Below, one piece after another: positions 1 through 8,557 of a DNA stretch of 64,000 nt. The stretch covers positions 64,001-128,000 of the forward strand of contig JAVLKG010000002.1 of NCBI GenBank assembly GCA_032128875.1, in the 5' to 3' direction. The DNA comes from Candidatus Melainabacteria bacterium 17Bon1m. GTDB lineage: Bacteria; Cyanobacteriota; Vampirovibrionia; Obscuribacterales; Obscuribacteraceae. A model generated the notes under the pieces. The model worked only from the letters and a program-made list of their open reading frames with translations. It searched no databases and had not been told where the DNA came from. Position 1 is the stretch's first letter, and every line of letters begins with the position of its first letter. A program made the translations under genes and the position numbers.

Positions 1-89
1 TGGAAACCAGCTGCAATACTACGTCTCAAAAGTGAGTGGGGAATTTCCCATGTTTTCGTCTGTAATCAGTACGATTTTCGTGTCATAAA

Positions 90-115
90 GCCGGCGAGCC
101 GCCGGCGCTCCCAGG
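90..115. repeat. REP-like GC-rich palindromic element (single copy in window)
   Basis: GCCGGCGAGCCGCCGGCGCTCCCAGG: short GC stem (GCCGGCG..CGCCGGC) plus CTCCC tail in intergenic DNA. Confidence 0.45.
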
Positions 116-209
116 TGTTTCTATACAAACTGACTCTAGGGTAAACGGTAGTGTATTTGTAGTGCCACTCAATTACGCTGGTTGCGCACACTTACTACTT
201 TGGCCGACA

Positions 210-797
210 ATGAAACATTTACCTACTCCCTTTATCGGGGTGCTTCTTTGTGCATTCGTGCTCGGGGCGCCCGTCATCGCGAGCGATGGTTCGCTGACGT
301 TTCAAGAGAAATCGCTGTTGGAGCAACTGGCGGATGCGCACCGCAGACCACTCAATGAGATGCCCATGATTCTGAATTGGGATCTCTATAAGACCTTTGA
401 AGAAAGGCATTGCACAGAAAGAGCGAAAAAGCATCTTCAGCAGACTTATGTCGAGATTGAGAAAATTGAAAAAGTGCAGCACTTAACGCAGTCATTAATT
501 GAGTGCACCGCAAATACGTTGGACGAGATGGCGAATACATTTTGCCCAACACCTATGAGTGAATTTAACGACGGTGATTTGCTTGATAAGCCGCCAAGCT
601 CGAATTTTGCACTCGCGGAATCTCTCATGATGCGTCGGTTGAGAATGTTAGATAGACTTCCCGTCACAAATGACGCTCGTATTTATGCTCACGAGTCAAT
701 GGAAAAGTGGTACCAGTCGTTTGGCAAAAAGGCAGAAGCGATGAAGGCGCACAAGAGTATGGTCAAGCTAATAGAGCAGCGGCAAAAACTGGAGTAA
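210..797 (+). CDS. hypothetical exported helical protein
   Basis: ORF 162..797; ATG at 210 gives MKHLPTPFIGVLLCAFVLGAPVIA, a signal-peptide-like start. Confidence 0.6.
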   Translation: MKHLPTPFIGVLLCAFVLGAPVIASDGSLTFQEKSLLEQLADAHRRPLNEMPMILNWDLYKTFEERHCTERAKKHLQQTYVEIEKIEKVQHLTQSLIECTANTLDEMANTFCPTPMSEFNDGDLLDKPPSSNFALAESLMMRRLRMLDRLPVTNDARIYAHESMEKWYQSFGKKAEAMKAHKSMVKLIEQRQKLE

Positions 798-844
798 ACG
801 GCCCGGCTGCGTTGTAAATCGTATACAATCATGCGACACGGTCC

Positions 845-3142
845 ATGCGTGGGGTGTCCGGTTTGAAACGCAAGAAAGACAAGAAGTTTTCTCAGAAAGA
901 CTATAAGCATCCAGCGGCTGCGTGGGGTGCAGCCTTTAGTGTCGCTCGCGTTTTGCTCGAACAGAAAGAGATTCTTGAAGGCACGGAAGCGGTCTTTCGG
1001 ATGAACCACGAGAACGGCGGCTACGATTGCCCTGGCTGTGCTTGGCCAGACGATCGCAAAGGCTTGCGTATGGACATTTGCGAAAATGGCATCAAGCATG
1101 TGACCTGGGAGATGACCAAGAAGCGTGTTGGCTCGGAATTTTTCGCGAAGCATACCGTCAGCGATTTACTTACCTGGAGCGATTTCGAACTTGAAGATGC
1201 AGGTCGACTGACTGAGCCGATGCAATACGATGCATCAAGCGATAAGTACATTCCTATTACGTGGGATGCGGCTTTTAAACTCATCGCGCAGCAGTTGAAT
1301 TCTCTGCCGACGCCTAATGCGGCAAGTTTTTACACTTCTGGCCGGCTGTCGAATGAAGCGACATTTCTATATCAGTTGTTTGCGCGTGAATTCGGTACCA
1401 ACAATCTACCTGATTGTTCTAACATGTGCCACGAGGCTAGCGGTCGAGCGATGTTTGCGTCGATCGGCACCGGCAAAGGGACAGTCGATTTAATCGACTG
1501 GCAAAATACGGATGCGATTTTCATTCTAGGTGTGAATGTGGCGACCAACGCACCACGCATGCTTACCGCATTATCTGATGGTGTCAAAGAGCGCGGTACA
1601 AAGATAGTGCACATCAATCCGTTGATTGAAGTTGCCGCAACTAGCGCCATTACGCCTCATGAAGTCATGGATATGTTGCTCTTCAAGGCGACCCCGACCA
1701 GCTCGCTCAACCTGCAGCCTAACTTGGGTGGTGACTTTGCATTGATGCGTGGTATCGCGAAATACCTATTCGAACAAGCTGAAAAAGATCCTTCGGTGCT
1801 CAGCACGCTCTTTATAGAAAAGTACACTTCTGGTTTTGAAGAGTATAAACAGGTGTGTACATCCATGCCCTGGTCAGAACTGGAGCGGCAATCTGGTATC
1901 TCTAGAGCCGAGATTGAAAAGGCTGGAGAAATTTATCGACAAGCTAATGCCGCTATTATTGCCTGGTGCCTTGGTGTTACCCAGCACGAGCACAGTGTTG
2001 ATACTATCCGTGAGATAGTCAACGTCTTGCTTTTACGGGGCAATCTTGGTCGCGAGGGTGCCGGTCCTTGTCCTGTTCGTGGACATAGTAATGTACAGGG
2101 AAATAGAACTTGCGGCATCCATCACCGACCACCCGAAGAATGGCTTGCGAAGATGGATGCGGCGTGCGGTATCAAATCACCGCGCGAGCATGGTTTGGAC
2201 ACTGTAAGAACAATCGAAGCTATGCACAAAGGCGATGTGAAAGTGTTTTTCGCAATGGGCGGAAATTTTGCCTCAGCTTCGCCGGATACTGAATTTACGT
2301 TCGAAGCTTTAAGACGGTGTGATCTTACTGTCCACATAAGCACCAAACTCAATCGCAGCCATGTTGTTCATGGAAAACAGGCATTGATACTGCCCTGTCT
2401 CGGTCGCACGGAGGAAGACATGCAAGCGTCCGGTCCTCAGGAAGTGACAGTTGAAGACTCCATGAGCATGGTCCACTTGTCTAAAGGCATGCGCCGTCCT
2501 GCGTCTGACAAATTGATGTCGGAGACCGCGATTCTCTGTGAATTGGCGAAGGCGACTTTGAAAAACTCACCCACGCCCTGGACTGAATACAGAGGTAATT
2601 ACGATCTTATTCGCGACAAAATGGCAGTTGCTATCACTGGTTTTGAAGACTTCAATCGAAGAGTGAGACGAACGCTGGGATTTAGATTGAGACAACCAGC
2701 GCGCGAATTGATCTTTGATACTCCCACTGGTAAAGCGAACTTTTCCGTTGCGCCCTTGCCTGATGTTTTGCCACCAGCTGGAAAACTCAAGCTCGGAACA
2801 ATGCGTTCGCACGATCAATTCAACACGACTGTATATTCCGACAACGATAGATATCGCGGTGTGAAAAACCTGCGAGAGTTGCTCTTCATGAACGAGAAGG
2901 ACATGAAAGAGTTGGGATTGAATGAATTCGACTTGATTGAAATAACAAGCTTCGCGCGAGATGGAAGCACGAGATCTGTTCGCGATTTTAGGGCCGTAAA
3001 ATACAATATCCCAAAGGGTTCAACCCTGGGCTATATGCCAGAACTGAATGTTCTTTGCCCGATCGGTGACTTTAGCTCGCAGAGCGATCAGCCGCTGATG
3101 AAGCAGGTTTTGGTGGAAGTAAAACGGCAGGGGGCGCAGTAG
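845..3142 (+). CDS. FdhF/YdeP-family molybdopterin oxidoreductase
   Basis: 765 aa; GYDCPGCAW..ICENG, FYTSGRLSNE, NLPDCSNMCH, RGHSNVQG, C-terminal RSHDQFNTTVY. Confidence 0.93.
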   Translation: MRGVSGLKRKKDKKFSQKDYKHPAAAWGAAFSVARVLLEQKEILEGTEAVFRMNHENGGYDCPGCAWPDDRKGLRMDICENGIKHVTWEMTKKRVGSEFFAKHTVSDLLTWSDFELEDAGRLTEPMQYDASSDKYIPITWDAAFKLIAQQLNSLPTPNAASFYTSGRLSNEATFLYQLFAREFGTNNLPDCSNMCHEASGRAMFASIGTGKGTVDLIDWQNTDAIFILGVNVATNAPRMLTALSDGVKERGTKIVHINPLIEVAATSAITPHEVMDMLLFKATPTSSLNLQPNLGGDFALMRGIAKYLFEQAEKDPSVLSTLFIEKYTSGFEEYKQVCTSMPWSELERQSGISRAEIEKAGEIYRQANAAIIAWCLGVTQHEHSVDTIREIVNVLLLRGNLGREGAGPCPVRGHSNVQGNRTCGIHHRPPEEWLAKMDAACGIKSPREHGLDTVRTIEAMHKGDVKVFFAMGGNFASASPDTEFTFEALRRCDLTVHISTKLNRSHVVHGKQALILPCLGRTEEDMQASGPQEVTVEDSMSMVHLSKGMRRPASDKLMSETAILCELAKATLKNSPTPWTEYRGNYDLIRDKMAVAITGFEDFNRRVRRTLGFRLRQPARELIFDTPTGKANFSVAPLPDVLPPAGKLKLGTMRSHDQFNTTVYSDNDRYRGVKNLRELLFMNEKDMKELGLNEFDLIEITSFARDGSTRSVRDFRAVKYNIPKGSTLGYMPELNVLCPIGDFSSQSDQPLMKQVLVEVKRQGAQ

Positions 3143-3146
3143 CTTC

Positions 3147-4040
3147 ATGGACAGACGCGAAGCGCCAGTTGCAGACGTAAGCATGAAAGCAATTACCAAA
3201 GACATATTGGAAGTTCCGATCAGGCGTATCGCAGGCGAACAATCTGTCGATCTGATGGACTCGCTGTCGGTGGAAGAACCGCTGGAAATACGCATACGAA
3301 AGAGAGCTGTCCGCCGGGACGCAGATGGCGAGACCAATGGTTGTGCCGCGCCTTCATCTCGATCGATCGCGGTCACGATGAGAACTCCCGGAGCAGATCA
3401 GGAACTTGCTGTTGGCTTTTTGTTCACGGAAGGCATCATCTCCAGCGTCGCGCAGATAGAAGAAATCAAGAAGCGGGGTTGTAATGTGGTTGAAGTGATC
3501 CTGAATAGCGAGATGGAAGTCGATCCGGCTCTGCTTGACAGGCATTCGTTCATTGCTTCCAGTTGTGGTGTTTGCGGAAAGAAGAGTATCGAAGCCGTAC
3601 AAGCTCGTCGTACCTACTCTCCGTCAGTTCCCTTCCCGTCGATTGCGCCGGAAATTATTCTTGCTTTGCCCGACAAACTTCGGCAGGGGCAGAAGTCTTT
3701 TGGGTGCACGGGTGGCATTCATGCTTCAGGTTTGTTCGACATGAACGGTAATTTACTAATGGTTCGCGAGGATGTCGGTCGTCACAATGCACTCGACAAA
3801 CTCATCGGTGCCTGCGCCAATTCCGGTCTTTTGCCGTTAAACAAACACATCGTCGCTGTTAGCGGAAGGGCGAGTTTTGAGCTTGTACAGAAGGCCGCAC
3901 ATGCTGGCGCAACTGCTCTCGCCGCTGTGGGAGCGCCTTCCAGTCTTGCAGTTCAACTGGCGCAAAGCAGCGGAATGACTCTAATGGGCTTCGTAAAAGC
4001 CACTGGATTCAATATTTATACTGGTGCCGGCGCCTCTTGA
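3147..4040 (+). CDS. fdhD: formate dehydrogenase accessory sulfurtransferase FdhD
   Basis: EEPLEI, MRTPG, SSCGVCGK, TGGIH, REDVGRHNALDK, SGRASFELVQKA; start may be 3183. Confidence 0.95.
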   Translation: MDRREAPVADVSMKAITKDILEVPIRRIAGEQSVDLMDSLSVEEPLEIRIRKRAVRRDADGETNGCAAPSSRSIAVTMRTPGADQELAVGFLFTEGIISSVAQIEEIKKRGCNVVEVILNSEMEVDPALLDRHSFIASSCGVCGKKSIEAVQARRTYSPSVPFPSIAPEIILALPDKLRQGQKSFGCTGGIHASGLFDMNGNLLMVREDVGRHNALDKLIGACANSGLLPLNKHIVAVSGRASFELVQKAAHAGATALAAVGAPSSLAVQLAQSSGMTLMGFVKATGFNIYTGAGAS

Positions 4041-4167
4041 TTTGTTAGTATGCGCCTCGCGTTTGCGGGACATGCAGGATGCAAAGACTGACTTGATCTA
4101 GATTGATCAATGCTCATCTTTTGCACAGCCCACAATCTGCGTTTGCATATCAGGAGATGGGGCACAG

Positions 4168-5361
4168 ATGCGTATCAAAAAATCAAAGTCGCCGGCAGTT
4201 TTATTCGCAGTTGCACTGTTTGGTGCAACCACCATATTTGGTGCGCTCAACATAGCCGCAAGTGGTGAAGAAACCAGCAACAATGCTCGAATCAACGAAC
4301 TCGTTTCGATAGCTGAAGGTGCCGAAACCCTCGAAATGCCCGAGATCAAATACGAACTCGAAAAGCAACCATTTTCAACATATCCTGCAGGTTTTTCTCA
4401 CGAAGTAACTGCTAAGAATTTCCCGATCTCCAAGGGCATCGCAGGCGTATCAATGACATTGAAACCAGGCGGTTTGCGCGAATTGCACTGGCACGCAAAC
4501 GCTGCTGAATGGGCTTACATCATCAAAGGCCATTGTCGGATCACCATCATCGATCCGCAAGGACGCACAGAGATCAAAGACTTCGGACCCGGCGATGTTT
4601 GGTACTTCCCGCGCGGGCATGGACACTCAATTCAAGGTATGGGCGATGAAGAATGCAAATTCATTCTCACGTTCGATAACGGATATTTTTCTGAGTTTTC
4701 CACTTTCAGCATCAGCGACTGGATCGCCCAGACACAATCAACTGTGTTGAGTAAAGCATTTGGACTTGCGCAATCCGTGCTCGACAAATTCCCGAAGAAG
4801 GAAGTTTATATCGCGCAGGGACCAAACCCTCCTGCGATTGACGAGAAAGCGGTAAATGCCAACTACCCAGAAGAACTCACCCATCGATTCAAGTTGTCTG
4901 AGCAGAAGCCGGATGTATCAAAAGGTGGCACTTTCAATCTTGTCGACCAGAGAAAATTTCCTATTTCTACCACTATGTCTGGTGCCGTACTTACGATCAA
5001 ACCAGATGCGATGCGGCAACTTCACTGGCATCCGAATGCCGATGAATGGCAGTATTACATCCGCGGTCATGCGCGCATGACTGTCTTCGGTTCGAAGGGA
5101 CGAAAGATCACTCGTGAATATGGCCCCGGTGATGTCGGCTACGTTCCGCAAGGGTATGGTCATTATATTGAGTCAATCGGTAACGAAGAGTGCGAGATGC
5201 TGGCGGTTTTCAATTCCGGCACGTATCAAGAAATTTCGCTCGCCGATTGGATCAAGCAAACACCGAAGTACTTGCTCGAAACCAATTTCGGCTTAGATGC
5301 CAAAACCATCGAAGAGTTTCAAAAGGGTCAAACGATTTTCACGGCGCCCGACAAGAAATAA
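4168..5361 (+). CDS. oxalate decarboxylase-family bicupin with N-terminal signal/anchor
   Basis: two cupin Mn motifs (RELHWHANAAEW..GHGH; RQLHWHPNADEW..GYGH), lid SEFST, hydrophobic N-terminus. Confidence 0.88.
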   Translation: MRIKKSKSPAVLFAVALFGATTIFGALNIAASGEETSNNARINELVSIAEGAETLEMPEIKYELEKQPFSTYPAGFSHEVTAKNFPISKGIAGVSMTLKPGGLRELHWHANAAEWAYIIKGHCRITIIDPQGRTEIKDFGPGDVWYFPRGHGHSIQGMGDEECKFILTFDNGYFSEFSTFSISDWIAQTQSTVLSKAFGLAQSVLDKFPKKEVYIAQGPNPPAIDEKAVNANYPEELTHRFKLSEQKPDVSKGGTFNLVDQRKFPISTTMSGAVLTIKPDAMRQLHWHPNADEWQYYIRGHARMTVFGSKGRKITREYGPGDVGYVPQGYGHYIESIGNEECEMLAVFNSGTYQEISLADWIKQTPKYLLETNFGLDAKTIEEFQKGQTIFTAPDKK

Positions 5362-5522
5362 ATTTTGCATTGGGGCGATGCCATGCTTAGCCCTCTTCAG
5401 AAGCTATAAGTCGTGTACCGGAGACAGCCGTTTTTATCAGGGACGTGTCGACAATAATTTGTCGCGCATTTGTTATTTGATGCACGGAAATCGATGGCGC
5501 TAAATCAGATTAGATAAGACTT

Positions 5523-6182
5523 TTATTTGAAAAGCGGCGAGGTTTCCAGCTTATCTAGAAGGTCTTCCGGTCCTTTATAGATTGCTGTGGCGCCTGCGTC
5601 GACCAGCGACTGCTTTGCAAAACCGCCGCATAAGACGCCCACGCACGGTATGCCGATACGAGTGGCTGCTTGCGCGTCATACGGAGAATCGCCAACCACG
5701 ACTGTTTCGCTCGCCGAATTCTGCAACTTGCTCAGCGCCGCTTCAAAAATATCCGGATTGGGTTTGCTCTTGTTAACGTCGTCGGCGCTGGTGGTCACGT
5801 CGAAAAGCTCTTTTGCATTGAGAAGCTCCAGGTAATAATTAAGCTCGTCTTTCTTTGCTGAAGAGCCGGCTGCGAGGAGTTTGCCCTTCTGCTTGATGCG
5901 CTGAAGTAATTCGTGCGATTTATGGAATGGTTTTACCGAATCCAAATACGTAGACTTAAAATGCTGGGAACGCCACTCTTGAAGCTCTTCTCCGAATGCT
6001 CGTTCGTCCTTCTTTGACAAAAAGGTGGGGACCAACTCGTCTCCGCCTTTGCCAATCTGACCGCGAATTTCCGCAAATCCAAGCTTGACTCCAAAGTGCT
6101 CAAAGGCGTCCTGCCAGGCCTTTGCATGCAAATCCACTGAGTCTATTAGCGTACCGTCGATGTCAAAAATTATAGAGTTCAT
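5523..6182 (-). CDS. HAD-superfamily hydrolase
   Basis: FDIDGTLIDS, KSKPNPDIF, VVGDSPYD; ATG at 6182 after GGAG-like RBS. Confidence 0.92.
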   Translation of the reverse strand: MNSIIFDIDGTLIDSVDLHAKAWQDAFEHFGVKLGFAEIRGQIGKGGDELVPTFLSKKDERAFGEELQEWRSQHFKSTYLDSVKPFHKSHELLQRIKQKGKLLAAGSSAKKDELNYYLELLNAKELFDVTTSADDVNKSKPNPDIFEAALSKLQNSASETVVVGDSPYDAQAATRIGIPCVGVLCGGFAKQSLVDAGATAIYKGPEDLLDKLETSPLFK

Positions 6183-6471
6183 ATTTTCCCCTGATATGCA
6201 GACCTTGCTATGTCTCATAGGTTCCTGCTGTACAGGCAAAAAAAATGGAAAAATTTTTGGATTCAGGCAGGCTTTTCATTATAGGGTTTCGCTTGTAGCC
6301 AATCGTATGCAAAGTAAAGCCAGGCCATGTTTTCAGGGCAAGAATAGTTGCTATAAATGTTTGGTAGCCGAATCGTAAATGCTAATTCTGACGCTGGAAT
6401 TCTCAGCGCGGGAATTGATGTTGGAAGAGTACGTTTAACGTTTGTGGCTATCACCAGTAAAGGGGCTCTTG

Positions 6472-6735
6472 GTGAGCAAGAAACAATCGAACAATGTAGT
6501 TCTCCTCAAGACATTGGGTGAGGTCATCGTAGAGAGGCGGAAACGTCTTGGAATGACTCAAGATGAGCTGTCAGAACTATCCGGTATTAATCGGGCATTT
6601 ATAAGCAATATCGAGAAGGGAAAGCGCAATCCGAGCATTGGGGCTGTTGCAAGTTTGGCAAGAGGGCTCAAACTGAAAACATCGTTGCTTCTCTCTAAGT
6701 GCGAAAAGCTGATGACCGAAGCGGAAGAAAAATAA
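6472..6735 (+). CDS. XRE-family HTH transcriptional regulator
   Basis: RKRLGMTQDELSELSGINRAFISNIEKGKRNPS; GTG start after AGGGG. Confidence 0.9.
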   Translation: MSKKQSNNVVLLKTLGEVIVERRKRLGMTQDELSELSGINRAFISNIEKGKRNPSIGAVASLARGLKLKTSLLLSKCEKLMTEAEEK

Positions 6736-6736
6736 C

Positions 6737-6778
6737 GGGCAAGAAAGAAGGAGACCATTAGCCTCCTTCCTTTTGCTC
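6737..6778. terminator. probable bidirectional intrinsic terminator
   Basis: GAAGGAG..CTCCTTC stem with extendable GGGCAAG/TTTGCTC arms between convergent genes. Confidence 0.6.
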
Positions 6779-6789
6779 TCTCTCCGAAT

Positions 6790-7248
6790 CTATTTGTCGT
6801 ATGCGTTTTTCACTATTCCCCATGCTACCCTTTCGCGCCATCCAAACCTATTAAGATGGCCATGATCCAGGTGCTTGCCGCTTAGCTCGACAGATGGTCC
6901 GAATTGTCTGTCAAATACAATTCGCGCTTGTCTTTGTGGATCACCAGGGAGATTGTATCCATCACCGATTTTGACGTCTTTGGTAATTTCAATCGTTCGA
7001 TTTTCTTTGTCTATCTCGACATTAAATCCTCTGCGTTCCAGGGCATTAATCACTTTCACCGCATCACGTCTATCTGGAGTCAAATCTATCTCGCAGCGCG
7101 GAAGCAACCCGTCTTTGTCGTGGCACTGCATTATCTGATTCATTGCTTTGATATCATCGCGCGTCGCGTCTGTCAAATTGACCTTTAGCGCCGGCTCGGT
7201 GCCTTTTTCAAATGTTACTTTGGCACCAAAGTCTTCGTATTTGCTCAT
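6790..7248 (-). CDS. hypothetical protein
   Basis: ORF; ATG at 7248 preceded by AAGGAG; directly downstream of the EF-hand-like gene. Confidence 0.7.
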   Translation of the reverse strand: MSKYEDFGAKVTFEKGTEPALKVNLTDATRDDIKAMNQIMQCHDKDGLLPRCEIDLTPDRRDAVKVINALERRGFNVEIDKENRTIEITKDVKIGDGYNLPGDPQRQARIVFDRQFGPSVELSGKHLDHGHLNRFGWRERVAWGIVKNAYDK

Positions 7249-7270
7249 GCTATTCTCCTTGTTTTGCCGA

Positions 7271-8395
7271 TTACTCACCGAAAACGCTGTTTGGATGCCC
7301 CTCTAACCATCTGCTGCCCGTGTAGGAGATGAAGTTTCCATTTGCATCTCTCTGTTGTGCAAAACCATCACCATCTGTTAGCGCTCTTAGAACAACCGTT
7401 TCTCTGCCGTTTTCATCGACAGCAAACATGTGCACAAAGCTTCTGTCCGAACCTTCCGCAACTGGTTGAACTTCCAGGCGCACAGTCAATGAAGTCCCGT
7501 CGCTATCACGAATAGTCGCTGTGGTTTGTCCCGCTTCAACCAGCGTTTTTATTGCGGCCAACTGCTCTTCTGTCGATGAGTTCGCGTTACTCAATTTCGC
7601 AAGCGCATCATTGTTCGCAACTGTCTCGTCATCAGCGCTGCTCAAGATTGACTCTGCCGAGGTGCTGTCTTCGCCGGCGATTGCCCGTTGTCCATTCAGG
7701 TCATCTGCCATTTTTGTCGCGGCAGTGTGAAGATCGTCGCGTGTAAATCCATTGTTTTCCCACCAGCCATACTCATCATCAGCACCGTCTTCCAGCGTGT
7801 CCGTTTGAGAGCTGAGGTCTTGAAGTTTGGCTGCGTCCTCTGTCGACAATGAGTCTGCATGATTTCTTCTGTACTCGTCCACTTCGCCAGCTGTGACGAA
7901 GCTGTTGTTGTCGCCATCGAGTGCCTCGAAGTGCTCGTTGGCATAGGCAAGTTCGTCGACTCCGATTTGCCCATCCGGTGCAGTGTTTGGATCAAAATCT
8001 AATTCACCCGGTATAGGATCTACTGGTGCGCCGGAGCGAGTCCTCAACTCAGCGGGAGTTACTTCCTCATAGTTGCGCGCTCCAACCTCCGATGCTAAAT
8101 GTTCTGCCAATGTCTTAGTAAGTGTGTCCGATTCCTCTGAAAGTGACGCAGATAGAAGCTCTGGGTAGGAGAAAGAACCGTTGTGGTCTGTATCGAGATT
8201 TTCGCTGTCGTACAGTGCCAAGGGGGCAAGCAAGCCATTTTCTTCCAAGGCTTGTCCGATTTCGTGAGCTGGAAGGTTGCCTGACTGCCAGATTTGATTT
8301 AGCTCTTCTCTGGCTCCAGCAATCTCGTCACGCGGGCTCGTTGCTAGCTCATACGCAGCATCTGCGGCCCTGTCTTTTGCCGTGAATTCGACCAT
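7271..8395 (-). CDS. acidic EF-hand-like protein
   Basis: DTDHNGSFSYPE and DGDNNSFVTAGE loops; AGGAGG RBS before ATG 8395. Confidence 0.7.
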   Translation of the reverse strand: MVEFTAKDRAADAAYELATSPRDEIAGAREELNQIWQSGNLPAHEIGQALEENGLLAPLALYDSENLDTDHNGSFSYPELLSASLSEESDTLTKTLAEHLASEVGARNYEEVTPAELRTRSGAPVDPIPGELDFDPNTAPDGQIGVDELAYANEHFEALDGDNNSFVTAGEVDEYRRNHADSLSTEDAAKLQDLSSQTDTLEDGADDEYGWWENNGFTRDDLHTAATKMADDLNGQRAIAGEDSTSAESILSSADDETVANNDALAKLSNANSSTEEQLAAIKTLVEAGQTTATIRDSDGTSLTVRLEVQPVAEGSDRSFVHMFAVDENGRETVVLRALTDGDGFAQQRDANGNFISYTGSRWLEGHPNSVFGE

Positions 8396-8557
8396 AAATA
8401 AACCTCCTGGGTTGAAAAATCGGAAGCGGCACAGACTGCGCGAGCAAGTGCTAGGCGCCGGCAATGTGCTTGAGAATGGAAGGGGCGAACTTGCGCTTGC
8501 CTCAAAGATACGAGCCGGAAATAACCGCTGCGTGATTAATTTGTTACGGCTGCATTA

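Noticed and set aside
4093-4110. TTGATCTAGATTGATCAA as an FNR box upstream of the oxalate decarboxylase
   Set aside because: Second half-site and spacing do not fit TTGAT-N4-ATCAA well
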